64,000 nt of DNA from Aureliella sp. GTDB lineage: Bacteria > Planctomycetota > Planctomycetia > Pirellulales > Pirellulaceae. This document shows positions 10,466 to 21,515 of this stretch, in pieces; position 1 is the first letter of the stretch, and the number at the start of each line of letters is the position of its first letter. A program made the translations under genes and the position numbers. The stretch spans positions 480,001 through 544,000 of the forward strand of contig OY829846.1 of the NCBI GenBank assembly GCA_963691875.1, read 5' to 3'. The notes under the pieces were generated by a model. The model was not told where the DNA came from. It made no database searches and worked only from the letters and a program-made list of their open reading frames with translations.

Positions 10466-11440
10466 CTAACCTTTCAGCTTGACAACCCCGCTCAGCCATA
10501 TCCTACGGTCGTTCCAAATCATTGACCATGTTTCATAGCTCGCTCGCGATCTAGCTCGAAACAAGCTTGCGAAACCAAACAACGTTTTACGGTGCACGAC
10601 CCACGACGCCAGCAGGAGTTTTGCCGCAAAGACTCTCAGCGGGCCCCAGTGTTTCTTGAACAACAGGACCTTTGTTGCGAGTAGCCGGCTCATCTTATCT
10701 GCCCGGACTGCTTCCGAGGCGCCGCCGTAGTGAATGATTGTCGCGTCTCCAAAAACTTTGCACTGTATTCCTATTTTTTGAGCTCTCATACAAAGGTCGA
10801 ATTCTTCTCCGTACATGCTGAATTGTTTATCAAAACCTTCTAGCCGCAACCAATTGTTCCGCTTTGTAAGCAGAAAACACCCAGAGACTATGTCGACGGA
10901 ACGGTCATCGGTGCGATTCCAACTCGGCATATAATCTGGGTTAAATACCTCTGAACGAGGAAACAGTCGATTCAGTCCCATGGCAATTGAAAATAGGCTC
11001 CAAAGGGTCGGATTGCGCCAGCATGAAGCCAGGTTTAGAGAGCCATCTTCGAAAAGCGTTCGTCCTCCGTAAATGCACTCACCTCCCTCGCTTTCGGCAC
11101 GCTGCACAATTCGATCGACTGCACCGTTCACAACTACTGTGTCCGGATTTAAGAGGAGAATGTATTTTCCCTTAGCAGTCTCAGAGCCGATATTGTTTGC
11201 GACAGCAAACCCAACATTCCTACGCAAGTTGATCAATTGGATCTCAGGGAATTTAGATTTAATTGCATCTGCTGACCCGTCAGTGGAATTATTGTCGACA
11301 ACAATTATTTCGTAAGCAACTTCACGCGTCTCCTCGATCACGGAACCAATCGCCGCGAGTGTCAACTCCGCTGTGTTGTAGCTAACAATCAAGATTGAGA
11401 CGGTTATGTCATTCATTGTTTCATCTGCGGATAGGACCAT
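10466..11440 (-). CDS. Glycosyltransferase family 2 (WbbL/rhamnosyltransferase-like)
   Basis: SILIVSYN, VVDNNSTDGS, NVGFAVANN, LLLNPD, SGCFLL, GFD..F.MYGEEFDLC. Confidence 0.9.
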   Translation of the reverse strand: MVLSADETMNDITVSILIVSYNTAELTLAAIGSVIEETREVAYEIIVVDNNSTDGSADAIKSKFPEIQLINLRRNVGFAVANNIGSETAKGKYILLLNPDTVVVNGAVDRIVQRAESEGGECIYGGRTLFEDGSLNLASCWRNPTLWSLFSIAMGLNRLFPRSEVFNPDYMPSWNRTDDRSVDIVSGCFLLTKRNNWLRLEGFDKQFSMYGEEFDLCMRAQKIGIQCKVFGDATIIHYGGASEAVRADKMSRLLATKVLLFKKHWGPLRVFAAKLLLASWVVHRKTLFGFASLFRARSRASYETWSMIWNDRRIWLSGVVKLKG

Positions 11441-11599
11441 TTAGACCAGAGAACGCTGTCTTGCGTCGGGTAGGTCTGTCATGACTCTCGTGTTCTTCCT
11501 AACACGTCAGTCAACAATGGCGTCCGATTGATAGGCTCGAGCAATCATGAGGGACCCACTGCTCGTTAGAATTGAGATAGTCTCAGGGAATTGTATACC

Positions 11600-12120
11600 T
11601 ACTTACAGGTTAGTAGGAATGGATTGAATTTGCAACGGTTGATGGGCTATCAGTGTTTGGGGCCTTTGCCGTCGCCGGAGCCCCAGGCGACGGCAAAAGG
11701 CCCCAACAAACTAGCGTCGGAAGCAATAGGTTGTTCTTTGGACAGTGCCGCGGCCAAGTCCGCAAGTCTTTGTGACCGTGAATCTTTCTGAAGCCCTTCA
11801 CCGCTTTGAGCAATGCCAATAATAGCTCACGCGATGCCTAGTCTGCCTTTGCGCGAATAAGCGTCAAGCGTCCGATGCGACGTCGTGTGTTCAAAAACGA
11901 GTTCTCGATCGCGTTGGTGCTTAGCAAGGAACGGTGCAAGGTATTAAGGACGTTTAAGCGATGCGAAGCCAGCAGCTCCTCGTCGGCCTCGAGGAGACTT
12001 CGGCAGGCCTCTGCGTTGGTCGGATTGAGAAATTTGCTCAGATCCTCTGCTACTTCACTCGCCGCTTCGAAGCCTTGCACGGGTCGCAAACGCCGGAAAA
12101 GACGACGAAACTCAAGAGTT
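11600..12120 (-). mobile_element. IS256-family transposase C-terminal remnant
   Basis: SLLEADEELL...LHRSLLSTNAIENSF...*...LLKAVKGFRKIHGHKDL. Confidence 0.75.
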
Positions 12121-12734
12121 TGAAAAAGAGCGAAGTAGGGATCGTTCGCAGAAAGGCAGAGGGTAAGGATCACGTGTGGTCGGTGGATTTCATTTTTGAC
12201 CGAACAACCAACGGTCGTTCGTTTAAATACTCGTCATCTTGGACGAATTTACTAGGGAGTGCAGTGCCTTGGAGGTTGGCCGAGAACTTACCATTGACGT
12301 GATCGTTGATCAATTCGCGATCCGTGTTGTGCCGTCATTCATTCGGAGTGATAACGACCCCGAGTTCATCGCGCGCGGCGCATCCTCCATTCTCTCGATG
12401 CAATATGTTGGAATGTCGTAAATCGAGCCCGGCAGTCCTTGGCAGAACGGTTACGTGGCGAGCTTCAACAGCCGGATCCGCGGCCAGTGCCTGAACTGCG
12501 AGGAATCGACGACCGTGCAATAAGCACGTGTCTTCATTGAGCATTGGAGGCAGAACTACAACGGTCAACGGCCACACAATTTGCTCGATGGCCTTACCCC
12601 GGCGGCATTTGCATCTCTCTGTGCTGCTTAAACTCCAGTCGCTGCGCACCTTACGTCAAAGCGGCACAGCGACATTAAACCAATTACCCAATTCGATTCT
12701 TCATAAGCGTGTATCGAAGAATGGGGTCGCCTCT
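12120..12734 (+). mobile_element. IS3-family OrfB 3' remnant with right end
   Basis: DHVWSVDFIFDRTTNGR, DEFTRE, IRSDNDPEF, EPGSPWQNGYVASFN. End 12681-12734 is nearly identical to 6513-6560. Confidence 0.88.
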
Positions 12735-12906
12735 GAGCGGCATTCGGTTCTGCACTTGTCATCTTTTCGGAACTACTCGGAGGTGCAGGCAGATGTTACC
12801 ACCGATGCGGTGGTGGCCAGATCCCATGAAATCAACGGGACGGACAATGGCGTAGGTGCCGATCGCCCAGCATATAACCTGATGTTCTCAGTGGAACGCG
12901 ATGAAT

Positions 12907-13362
12907 TTATGGCGATGAGCCCCCCTTCCGCCCGGCACTGGCCAGCCGACCGTATTCTACAACATCGATATTTTCCTTGATGACTCTTGCTGGATTCCCC
13001 GCAACTGCAGTATTGCAAGGGACGTCTTTGGTCACGATTGCCCCTGCACCAACAATAGAATTGTCACCAACAGTAACCCCCGGCATGATCAAACTTCTTC
13101 CACCAATGAAGCAGTTTTTTCCGATACGTGTGTCTGAATACAGCCCTCGGGTCATGTCATGGCATAAGATTCGGGCCTCAAACGCAACGTAGGTGTGTTC
13201 ACCTACAATAACGCCACGTGGATAAGTCTTGTCAAATTTCGCCGAAAGGGATATTTCAGATGTTGGATGGATGCTCATGCCCCAAAAATTATTTAGCCAA
13301 AAAATTTTCAGCTTAACTATGAAACGTCTTAGATTCTCTAGCTTGTTTAGTGACTTGGGCAT
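12907..13362 (-). CDS. Left-handed beta-helix acyltransferase (WcaF/LacA-like)
   Basis: [44 protein letters not shown]. Start moved to ATG 13362 because the upstream extension overlaps an IS relic. Confidence 0.88.
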   Translation of the reverse strand: MPKSLNKLENLRRFIVKLKIFWLNNFWGMSIHPTSEISLSAKFDKTYPRGVIVGEHTYVAFEARILCHDMTRGLYSDTRIGKNCFIGGRSLIMPGVTVGDNSIVGAGAIVTKDVPCNTAVAGNPARVIKENIDVVEYGRLASAGRKGGSSP

Positions 13363-13420
13363 GGTTTTGCTTCCTGGCCTAGTGTTGTAAAGAAACTGTC
13401 GATGGTGTGCTCGGCAAACT

Positions 13421-13870
13421 TGAAAGTGCACCGTGATGTTTCGGAAGCCGGTGTTTCGCACATATGAAGTTAGGTTGACAAAAAACGATGCCGCGATGAG
13501 CAGATTGCACGCGTTTTTCGTAAAGGTGAAGCAATCTTGGTGGCCAGCAATTTTCAGGCAGACGTGCCACAGACGATTGGCATGAGGGAGGAGACATGGC
13601 AACTCTGACAAGTTGAACCTGATGGCATGAAATTAAGTGAAGCCAAGCGTCCTTGGGGACTTAACCTTGAGAACAGACGTCAACAGGAAGCTTCGCTGAC
13701 GGAGGGCCGGCAAAAAAAGTCTAAAGATAGCCGTCGAGGGAAATCTTCAAAGACCGGTTCTACGCAATGCGGCTGTCGTGAAGGCTCGGAAGTAATATCA
13801 AGTTTTGGAATATCGGTCGTTTTAACTACTTGGTCAGTTGCGTGTTACTTAGCGTTACAGGGCGAGAGCA
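13421..13870 (+). mobile_element. IS3-family OrfA 5' remnant
   Basis: [15 protein letters not shown]...IGMREETW...[16 protein letters not shown] resembles OrfA at 4377-4660; heavily decayed. Confidence 0.65.
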
Positions 13871-14332
13871 ACAGTTGATAACAGTTGATTAGTCTGCTTT
13901 AAGTACGCAGTTTCAGTGAGTCGCAGTCCAATCTCCATGCTACGGCTACAGAACAATTAATCGTTTAATTCGTCAGGTTAGGCGGGCGGTGGTAACCAAG
14001 TCCATGTTTCAATTCTGGCGATCAAAGGGCGTGCAGGTGTAACGAATCAAGATCAAACGTCGGCAATAAGGCTCTAGGAGGAGCAGGTGCAAACGCGAAA
14101 TAGTGCAGCGCGCCAATCATTTTTATCCCTTGCTCTTCCCTTTCGATCGGAAGAGCAAAGCATTTCTTCTGACATATTGAATTTGCCAGCCATAAGATCT
14201 GCCACTCCTCATTGAGCCCCTCATACCTGTCGAAGACAAGTGCATCGTTTTATTAAATCAGACCGGCGAAGCGACCAATCTCTATTTGAAAATTACCTAG
14301 CCCAGGAGTTACGATCGGTATTCGACAAGCCC

Positions 14333-15718
14333 TCAAACTACCGTCGGCGTTCCGGTATTCGCCTGTCTGTCTGACTCATCATTTTTTCCCATTGCTTTTT
14401 TCAACGCCAGGAAAATATTTAGCAGTTGTTTTTCCCGCCCGCCTTTCTCGGAACTGATTGGGACCATGCCTAGGCTTGCCAACGCACCGAGAAGAATGTG
14501 GGCAAAGATGTTGCTTGAACCGAATAAGCCACAAGAAACTCCCGATAATAGCACCGCTAGATAGCAGGCCGTGAGCGAGAAAAGAATGAAGCGGAATTCT
14601 CCAGAAGCTCGTCTGAACTGCTTGACTACAGACGAAATGATGTAGCTCACACAAGTTACGAAGAGTAACAAACTAGGCACTCCTCCACGCACCATCTGAA
14701 TTATGTAGTTGTTTACCAGGTCCACGTGCTCCCTGGTATCAATAAACTCACCCCAATGATCGGGCCGTACACCACCTGTTCCGAACAGCCAATACTCGGG
14801 CAACATCTGCAGCGCAACTTCCATCAACGCCGCTCGATACCAGGATCCCCCACCGATTGGATCGAGATAAGAGACGAGATAAAAGACTGACCGATTTGAC
14901 ACCAACTGGAGTACGAATGCCGTTGCAAAAGCCACCAAAATGGCAGGCTTTATCAAGCCGGGAAACTTATGGAAGGAAAGAAAAACAACAAAAGCTCCCA
15001 ACGCAGTCACCGGACCGCTTGATAGGCTCATTAAAACTCCTAGCATGCCAACCAGGATTGAGGCTTGCCAAAGTAATGATTGCTTAAAATTATCTCGAGG
15101 CCTAAGGCTGACAAGAAACCCTACAATGACGAGCATTGAGATTCCATAATAAATTGCGTGAGCCGTTGCTCCTTGAGCTCGCATCAACCCGAATCGGTAC
15201 ATGTCCTCTTTGCGTATCCATACCCAAGTATGGTATTGATAAAGCGCCCGCAAAGGTGAATTACCAGTAAAGGCCTCCTGAACCCCTAAAGCACCGGCAA
15301 TCAGGGCAGTAATGGATATTGGGAGAAGGAGTTCCGAATAACTTCCCCGGTTAGTAAAGACCCGGCGGCTCGCAAAGTACATCAGGACAGTGTCTAGAAA
15401 AATACCTCCGAAGTTGGTAAGAACATGCGTTGGTGCTCCGGCTATGAGGTTGGCAAATAAATCCCATGTCCAGATTGTCAGTACTAAGTAGTCAGGAAGC
15501 CGCCATTCAAACTTACCAGTACCTGTCGCCCAAAGCTTGATTAGTAGCACAGTAGCCATAAGCCGGGGACATGATAGCTGGAGTAGTCCCAGAGGTACTC
15601 TTAAGTATTCCGGATAGAGCAAGCAACTCGCTGCTAACCAACCGAGGGCCCGCGTCGGTGGTGATTTGAGCACGAGCAGAACGCCAACGCACATTACGAC
15701 GAGGGTTACGGGCACCAT
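14333..15718 (-). CDS. O-antigen ligase/Wzy polymerase-like membrane protein
   Basis: Many TM segments; RAQGATAHAIYYG, SLSSGP, YRAAL, WLFGTG, DLVNNYI. Confidence 0.75.
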   Translation of the reverse strand: MVPVTLVVMCVGVLLVLKSPPTRALGWLAASCLLYPEYLRVPLGLLQLSCPRLMATVLLIKLWATGTGKFEWRLPDYLVLTIWTWDLFANLIAGAPTHVLTNFGGIFLDTVLMYFASRRVFTNRGSYSELLLPISITALIAGALGVQEAFTGNSPLRALYQYHTWVWIRKEDMYRFGLMRAQGATAHAIYYGISMLVIVGFLVSLRPRDNFKQSLLWQASILVGMLGVLMSLSSGPVTALGAFVVFLSFHKFPGLIKPAILVAFATAFVLQLVSNRSVFYLVSYLDPIGGGSWYRAALMEVALQMLPEYWLFGTGGVRPDHWGEFIDTREHVDLVNNYIIQMVRGGVPSLLLFVTCVSYIISSVVKQFRRASGEFRFILFSLTACYLAVLLSGVSCGLFGSSNIFAHILLGALASLGMVPISSEKGGREKQLLNIFLALKKAMGKNDESDRQANTGTPTVV

Positions 15719-15936
15719 TCTTTAAGAACCTTTTCCTAAATGCATCTCATGCACGCGTTGTAGGTGCGTTACCAACCAGCGATGAGAAATGGTTCTTTCT
15801 CCCAACGCGTTGCTCAGGGCTCGAAATGTCATACCCATCCGCGGCAAGAAACCGTCGGAAGGCGAGAAGCCAGCATTGCGAATTTTTACAACTTCGCCGC
15901 AGGCGTTTTCATCGCGTGAATTGGAAGCTACCAAAA

Positions 15937-16677
15937 TTAAAAGCCGTTCCATGGCTTAAGCAGCCCCGTGCCCAACTTTAGAAGTTTGAGTAGATCCCAC
16001 TCCCACCATTTCGAATCTTCTAATTGCTCGATTAACTCTGGACGAAAACGATATTTCAAATGTCTCGCAGGTACTCCTGCAACAATAGAGTATGGCTCTA
16101 CATTTCTCGAAACAACCGCACCCGCCCCTACAATCGCCCCGTTTCCAATCGACTGGCAGCTAGGGAGAATCGTCACCCCATTTGAGAGCCAAACGTCATG
16201 CCCGATCTCAAGGGGATTGTCTTGATCTTGATTGATCGTGTCTTTTTTAACGATTCCTAGGCTACTATTGTAAAAAAACGGATGCTGGGTCATTCGCTCA
16301 ATCGGGTGATTCCTGCGGTATACAGTAATGTTAGCGGCGAGCGAACAGTACCTTCCGACACGAGTGCCAGCAGGAAGCCCAGTGCTACAGCCTCTCAAAT
16401 AGTTAGCCGGATAAAGGCAAGGGCCGTAGGAGTAGTCACCAATTTCGACGTGATGGTAGGCTTTAAGAATATCGCGAAAAGTCCGTGAGAAGATCTGCCC
16501 TCCTTCAAGTTTGAGAATCGTTCTAAGAACAAGTTTTCGAAGTCTTTTGCGTTCGTATAAACGGAAAAAAACATGAGAAAATATACTCTCTCCGTTTGCA
16601 ATCCCTTTCGCTGCAACGGAGATGTTCAGCTCCGAGCAATGTGGGCCTTTGTAATCTGCTCCAAAGTTTTCGCTCAC
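15937..16677 (-). CDS. CatB/Vat-related O-acetyltransferase (paralog of 6778-7512)
   Basis: IGDYSYGPC, HPIERMTQHPFF, IGHDVWL, GAIVGAGAVVSRNV, KWWE. Confidence 0.88.
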   Translation of the reverse strand: MSENFGADYKGPHCSELNISVAAKGIANGESIFSHVFFRLYERKRLRKLVLRTILKLEGGQIFSRTFRDILKAYHHVEIGDYSYGPCLYPANYLRGCSTGLPAGTRVGRYCSLAANITVYRRNHPIERMTQHPFFYNSSLGIVKKDTINQDQDNPLEIGHDVWLSNGVTILPSCQSIGNGAIVGAGAVVSRNVEPYSIVAGVPARHLKYRFRPELIEQLEDSKWWEWDLLKLLKLGTGLLKPWNGF

Positions 16678-16723
16678 GGATTCCGGTACGCTTTTTTATG
16701 ATTGAAAGAAGAGGGTGAGGATG

Positions 16724-18154
16724 CTAGGCCAGGTTTTTGTCATCGATTGAAGGACTGTTTACCAAGGTCTTCAGGCGAGCAATCGAGACCCCATAAAGCT
16801 TAGCGAGTGACAAGCCAAACGCGGAGGCGATTCCAGCACCGAGGATAAACTCGCCAATCGTACCTTCGCCAGGAAAAAATGGCTTCAGAAACCATGCGGA
16901 TGCAAAGAGAAGCAGCGGAGTTAATAAAACGAATTTGATATTTGCTAGATCGACTTGGTGTGACCGAATACAGAGCCCGAGAGAAACGAAATAAGCAAAG
17001 GCTTCAGCACAAATCCCGGATACTAGCAGAATCTCCAAAGGAGCCTGGCGGAAGGCAAGGTAGCTCGAAACAATGAGTCCCGAAGCGCGCGCAATATTCG
17101 CTACTAGCGGGTGCAGCGTATCACCTTTTGAAATAGACACATTAACGGGGCCCATTCGCGCAACGCGAGATGCTTGAGCGAAACCAATGAGTGCTACCAT
17201 AGAAGTTGCTTCTGCATATCTGTTCCCGTACAAGACGATCACCAAGCTAGGGCCACACAAGCAGCATCCCAAAGCCAGAAATGCACCTAAACTGAGGCTT
17301 AGGCGAAGTGCAAGATTGTTGGCCTGGGTTGCGGATACTCCCTGCTCTTGGATTCTTGATAGCGATGGCAGCAGAAAAGATGAGCAGACTCGGCAAAGAA
17401 CTACGGAGGGTACGAAGCAGAGCGTCAATGCCACGCTGTACAAACCGAGAACTCTGGGCTCATAGTTTGCTCCCACTATAAGGCGATCTCCATGGAATAC
17501 CGAAAACAAAACGAGACCGTTGAGAAGTAGCGGCACTCCGAATTTGATAAGGCTGCGGAGCAGAAGCCGATCCCATCCAAGAGTCCACCGACGTTGGGCA
17601 ACCAAGTGACTAATCAAACAGTACATGCCCGCTTGACTGAGAATCAGCCACAACATTACCCGGTAATCACCAGCCCAAGATGCCAATTGCATTACAAATA
17701 ACGTCAGAATGCACTGCGGTCCGACTTCACATAGTAGAATTGGCAAGAATTTCATGTCTCGCTGGCACCGGATAATATCCAAATGAACAAATCCTCGAAT
17801 CACCGGTGCTAGCGAGACCCAGGCAAAAGCTTCCCAGGCAGACGGAGCCTGGATGAGGACAGCAATTGGCCAAGCCAGAAAAAATAGTAATGCCCCGTTT
17901 GCGAGGCCGCGAATTACCTGCAATGTCTGGGCTGTCGCTTGGGTCTTTGGAGCGTTACCATCGGGTGACTGGATGAGGAAACGATCAATCCCGAGGTTGC
18001 TGGTCATCTCAGCAAGGGACATTACCATCGCTAAAGATGCAGCGATGCCAAAGTCCTCAACCGAAAGGTAACGTGCAATCAGGAAGTTTCTTACGAAACC
18101 ACACGCGGAACCAACTAGTAGACCCGTACTCAGCAGTGCTGCTTTAGAAAACAG
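16724..18154 (-). CDS. wzx: Oligosaccharide flippase Wzx (probable CTG start)
   Basis: Multi-TM; FGVPL, GDRLIVG, LGLYSVA, LPSLSR. The typical N-terminus (ARYLSVEDFG) lies upstream of the first ATG (18028). CTG at 18154 has GGAG 6 nt upstream. Confidence 0.85.
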   Translation of the reverse strand: MFSKAALLSTGLLVGSACGFVRNFLIARYLSVEDFGIAASLAMVMSLAEMTSNLGIDRFLIQSPDGNAPKTQATAQTLQVIRGLANGALLFFLAWPIAVLIQAPSAWEAFAWVSLAPVIRGFVHLDIIRCQRDMKFLPILLCEVGPQCILTLFVMQLASWAGDYRVMLWLILSQAGMYCLISHLVAQRRWTLGWDRLLLRSLIKFGVPLLLNGLVLFSVFHGDRLIVGANYEPRVLGLYSVALTLCFVPSVVLCRVCSSFLLPSLSRIQEQGVSATQANNLALRLSLSLGAFLALGCCLCGPSLVIVLYGNRYAEATSMVALIGFAQASRVARMGPVNVSISKGDTLHPLVANIARASGLIVSSYLAFRQAPLEILLVSGICAEAFAYFVSLGLCIRSHQVDLANIKFVLLTPLLLFASAWFLKPFFPGEGTIGEFILGAGIASAFGLSLAKLYGVSIARLKTLVNSPSIDDKNLA

Positions 18155-18169
18155 GAGGGGCTCCGAGGG

Positions 18170-19477
18170 CTAGTGTTTTTCGAGAGAACAGGAAAGAAGG
18201 CGATCTGCTATGGCCTGGAGCTGCTGCTCGGCAGCTTCCTTCACAGACGGTACACACTGTGAAATCAATCTTTTGGTTTCAAACCTGTTGACAAGGGATT
18301 GAAGCGTGCATTCAACGAGTTCTGCAGTGCTCGATTGACGAGGATCGAATACCTGTTCACCTGCGCCGCACATCTCAAATACTCCTCTCGCTTTGTCAGA
18401 ATAAGCGATGGTACAAGTAGGAACGAGAGAAGATAGTGCCGCTATGGTCGAATGCATCCGAGTTCCACAGAACCAGTCCATCTGCGCGATCAACCACTTC
18501 ACTTCACACTCGTCCAAAGAAGATGGAGTAACCATGATGCGGTCGCTGTATTTTGCCCTGTACTTCTGGTAGATCTCTTCACAAGCCTGCGGATCCGACT
18601 CATGGCTCCCGTGGCGTGCCATGACATGTGGAACCAAGAAAACTCGCCCTTCCGTCTCTGCCAAGACACGTTGGACGACCTGCTCGATGGTTTCACGGTA
18701 GTTTGCACGGAAGTTGTATTGGGTTTTGGCGGCGGTGACGTCATTGTAGATTAATCCACTGACGTTCAGTCCAAAGTTTGGGGTGGAGTCATCTAACCAT
18801 TCCAATAGCTGCTCAGGCAGTTGGGACGGTTTACGAATCGGAAGGCCAAATGCCACATCAACACCGCACCGATGATTCATTGGATTAAACCGACTGCCTA
18901 ATAAATCCGCTAGGACTTCGAAACTGCGTTTATCTCTTGCCCACGCCATTTCAGCGCCAAGCACTGCATGAAGTGCCAACTTCCGGTTCTTCGGACAGGC
19001 AAAGGGGCCATACGTTTGCGGCATTAAAAACAACGGGATACGCCGCTGGATCGCAATTAACTTGGGTTTCAAGATGCTAAAAAAACGCTGCGTTCCGTAG
19101 ATATCACTAAAACTATCACCCCCAGAGATATCGAGAGCCGCTGCTGAGGAATCTATTTCGCGAATCCCAGAATTCAGAAAGGCGCCTAGAGCACCAAGTC
19201 TAGACGCGATTTTCATCATATGGACATTTTCTGAGCGATCGAATCTTTTTCCACCACGCAGTCCCCTGAGCCTGATATCTATTAGTGTCCCGCAAGGAAG
19301 CTCGTGCTTCCTGTGTCGCTGTCCCATACCGCTGTCGAATACGGTAAATCGCGTAAACGGTAGTCTTGTTGAAAGACCGCTTAAGGTCGCGGAATACAAT
19401 GCAGAAACACCGCGATTTGTTGTGGCGGGGTCGCAGCCAAATACAGAAAGTTTTAAGGGCGATAATTCAGAGGCCAT
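18170..19477 (-). CDS. Polysaccharide pyruvyl transferase family protein (WcaK-like)
   Basis: NRGVSAL, DISGGDSFSDIYG, PQTYGPF, ARDKRS, DVAF, GTRMHSTIAA, AYSDK. Start could be up to 19585. Confidence 0.88.
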   Translation of the reverse strand: MASELSPLKLSVFGCDPATTNRGVSALYSATLSGLSTRLPFTRFTVFDSGMGQRHRKHELPCGTLIDIRLRGLRGGKRFDRSENVHMMKIASRLGALGAFLNSGIREIDSSAAALDISGGDSFSDIYGTQRFFSILKPKLIAIQRRIPLFLMPQTYGPFACPKNRKLALHAVLGAEMAWARDKRSFEVLADLLGSRFNPMNHRCGVDVAFGLPIRKPSQLPEQLLEWLDDSTPNFGLNVSGLIYNDVTAAKTQYNFRANYRETIEQVVQRVLAETEGRVFLVPHVMARHGSHESDPQACEEIYQKYRAKYSDRIMVTPSSLDECEVKWLIAQMDWFCGTRMHSTIAALSSLVPTCTIAYSDKARGVFEMCGAGEQVFDPRQSSTAELVECTLQSLVNRFETKRLISQCVPSVKEAAEQQLQAIADRLLSCSLEKH

Positions 19478-20937
19478 GGTGTCTGGTTCGAAACCTGTGA
19501 GAGCGTTCATTACTACGGGCCCGTCGAAACGCCCGTACACATAAGTTTTAACATCTGCCTTATACCGTCTCACCGCGCAAAGCATGGAGTCGGGGCTGTT
19601 TTAAGGACCGAGACAATGAGAATGGAAAAAATTTACAACTCTCGATTGTGCGGATTCGTCCTGATAAATCGTTGGTAGAAAACAAATTTATACGTCAAAC
19701 ATATGACGAGTTTGGTTTCAGTTGACTAGCGCTACCAATTTTGGCAAGTGCGACTCGACTGGTAAAAAAAATTATCGCGCTGGTTGGTTTGGGACATCGC
19801 TCGAACAAAACGATGGGAACTCTCCTAAATCGGCTTTTTGCATTGTGTCCGAATTTCTCGCTGGGAAAGGTACAGTTTGTCGCGTTGAAAAACGCAGAGA
19901 TAATAAGCTGCGGTCTTTTGAATTCGCATCGTCGTGAGATGACGTTTTGGTTTGCCCTTCATCAGTTGAAGACGAGATCGTTCACTACTTTCACGGTGCG
20001 ATTCATCGCTCTGCGAGATATTAACTCACGGACAGAGATAAAGAGATTCAGGTCTATCAGCGCGGACTTCGTCCCCGTCGGTGACTACCGCTAGACGACA
20101 ATTATCAGTTTAATCCCCTTGTTCATTTTTGCGACTCTGTTTCGTGCTGATTTCGCCCGCAGCTCTTTGAGCAACGAGCCGTCGAAGCTCCGTTGTCTAC
20201 TTTCTAGTGCCGCTGGTAAGACACTTCCGTTCGCCGGCGAATTCTTGAGCTTTCTACGACTTTCAAGCACTGGAATTTAAATACTCTGGGACAACACTGC
20301 GTTCATATGTTGGGTCGGTAATCGTTAACCGGAATATTCTGCTTTGCGAAATGGTGCTCGTCGCTTTGCATACCATCGATATGTTCGGTCCGTATTCGAA
20401 GGTCTTATGGCATAAGACAAGACCAGCGAGAAACCGGAAGATCAACTCGGGAGCAGCGATGTCAACACGTCCAAGTTCACATGGCAAACAGATTTCGTTC
20501 CAGTTATCTGCGTAGACTCTTCGATCGCTTACACGCACCCATCAAGTTTTACAGTGACAGAATTGTTGGTCGATAAAAATACAGAAAGAAAATCGGGCAG
20601 GTAGCCGAGATGCTCTCAGAGATTCGGCAACTTTGGCGTTATGAAATTAGATATTAGTCAACCTTTTTAAGCGTCTCACGATTTCCATATCGAGATGGCT
20701 GCAGGGCGGGCAGTTTAGTCATGAACAAGGAACAACCAATGACCGAAATAAGTACAGGTAGAGGCAATGCAGTGTCCGCGCAATTTCAAAATGGAATCGC
20801 CTAGAGACCATGCCTCGAATAATTAGCGTGGGGTATTAAGCGTCGCTCAGAAAACATCGAGAATATCGTGTTTGGGTATGTCCATTTTCTTCAATGACTG
20901 TTAACAAGGCTGTGCAAAAACAGTAGCCAAAGAAAAT

Positions 20938-21515
20938 TAGAGTGCCCTGTCTATTTGATACACGAATAAGTTGGGTAATTGATTCCGGTTCGCTGTTCGG
21001 CCTTAATGCGGAGATCGCAGCGATTGTAGTTAGAGCGGCATTGCGAGATGCGAACGCCGCCGTACTGAGTCATCAAGTGAACCTTGATGCCAACGATGCT
21101 TGTCGCTCTGCAGCTATTGTGTGTCGAGGAGGCGTGATATCTGCACGCTCGTGAATTCATCGCAGTTGAGGCTTTCGTCTTTATAATTGCTGTTAAAGCT
21201 CCCAACGTAGCTGTTCTGCGACGGGCTACGTGGCTCGACGCAAAACGTACCTACGTCGATCGATTTAAGGTGCTCACGGCTCGATCGGCAATGAATTCCG
21301 CCGCGCCGACTGTCCCTTCTCTGCCAAGTGGACTTGATGATATCAATTCTCTTGAATTATTGTGCTTCTCAGGCACCGTCCGCGGGCATCAGTCGCCGTT
21401 TCTGAGGTAGCGCAACAATCTATTCAATCTCTCTTTGTTTTTGTTTTCTTGTCATGGGAGCCCTCCTTTTGAGATGCATCGAACAACACGCGCATCAGAT
21501 TTTGGGAGCACTATA
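20938..21515 (-). mobile_element. Internally deleted IS3-family element retaining both ends
   Basis: Ends TATAGTGCTCCCAAAATCTGATGCGCG (from 21515, minus) and TAGAGTGCCCTGTCTATTTGATACACG (from 20938). An OrfA start is joined to OrfB C-terminal VEPRSPSQNSYVGSFNSNYKDESLNCDEFTSV. Confidence 0.8.

Noticed and set aside
13870..13890. Tandem AACAGTTGAT x2
   Set aside because: Only two short units at an IS relic edge; not an array.
14130..14158. 10-bp inverted repeat TTGCTCTTCC/GGAAGAGCAA as the wzy terminator
   Set aside because: No U-tract follows on the minus strand; function unsupported.
15722..15952. 76-aa ORF between acetyltransferase and wzy
   Set aside because: No recognisable motif; cannot be distinguished from a chance ORF.
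6778..16677. CatB/Vat-like genes as antibiotic resistance
   Set aside because: EPS operon context points to glycan O-acetylation; the hexapeptide fold is shared by both.
18170..18172. Pyrrolysine recoding of the TAG between pyruvyltransferase and wzx
   Set aside because: No pyl genes in view; the upstream protein is complete at this stop and an RBS + CTG explains wzx.
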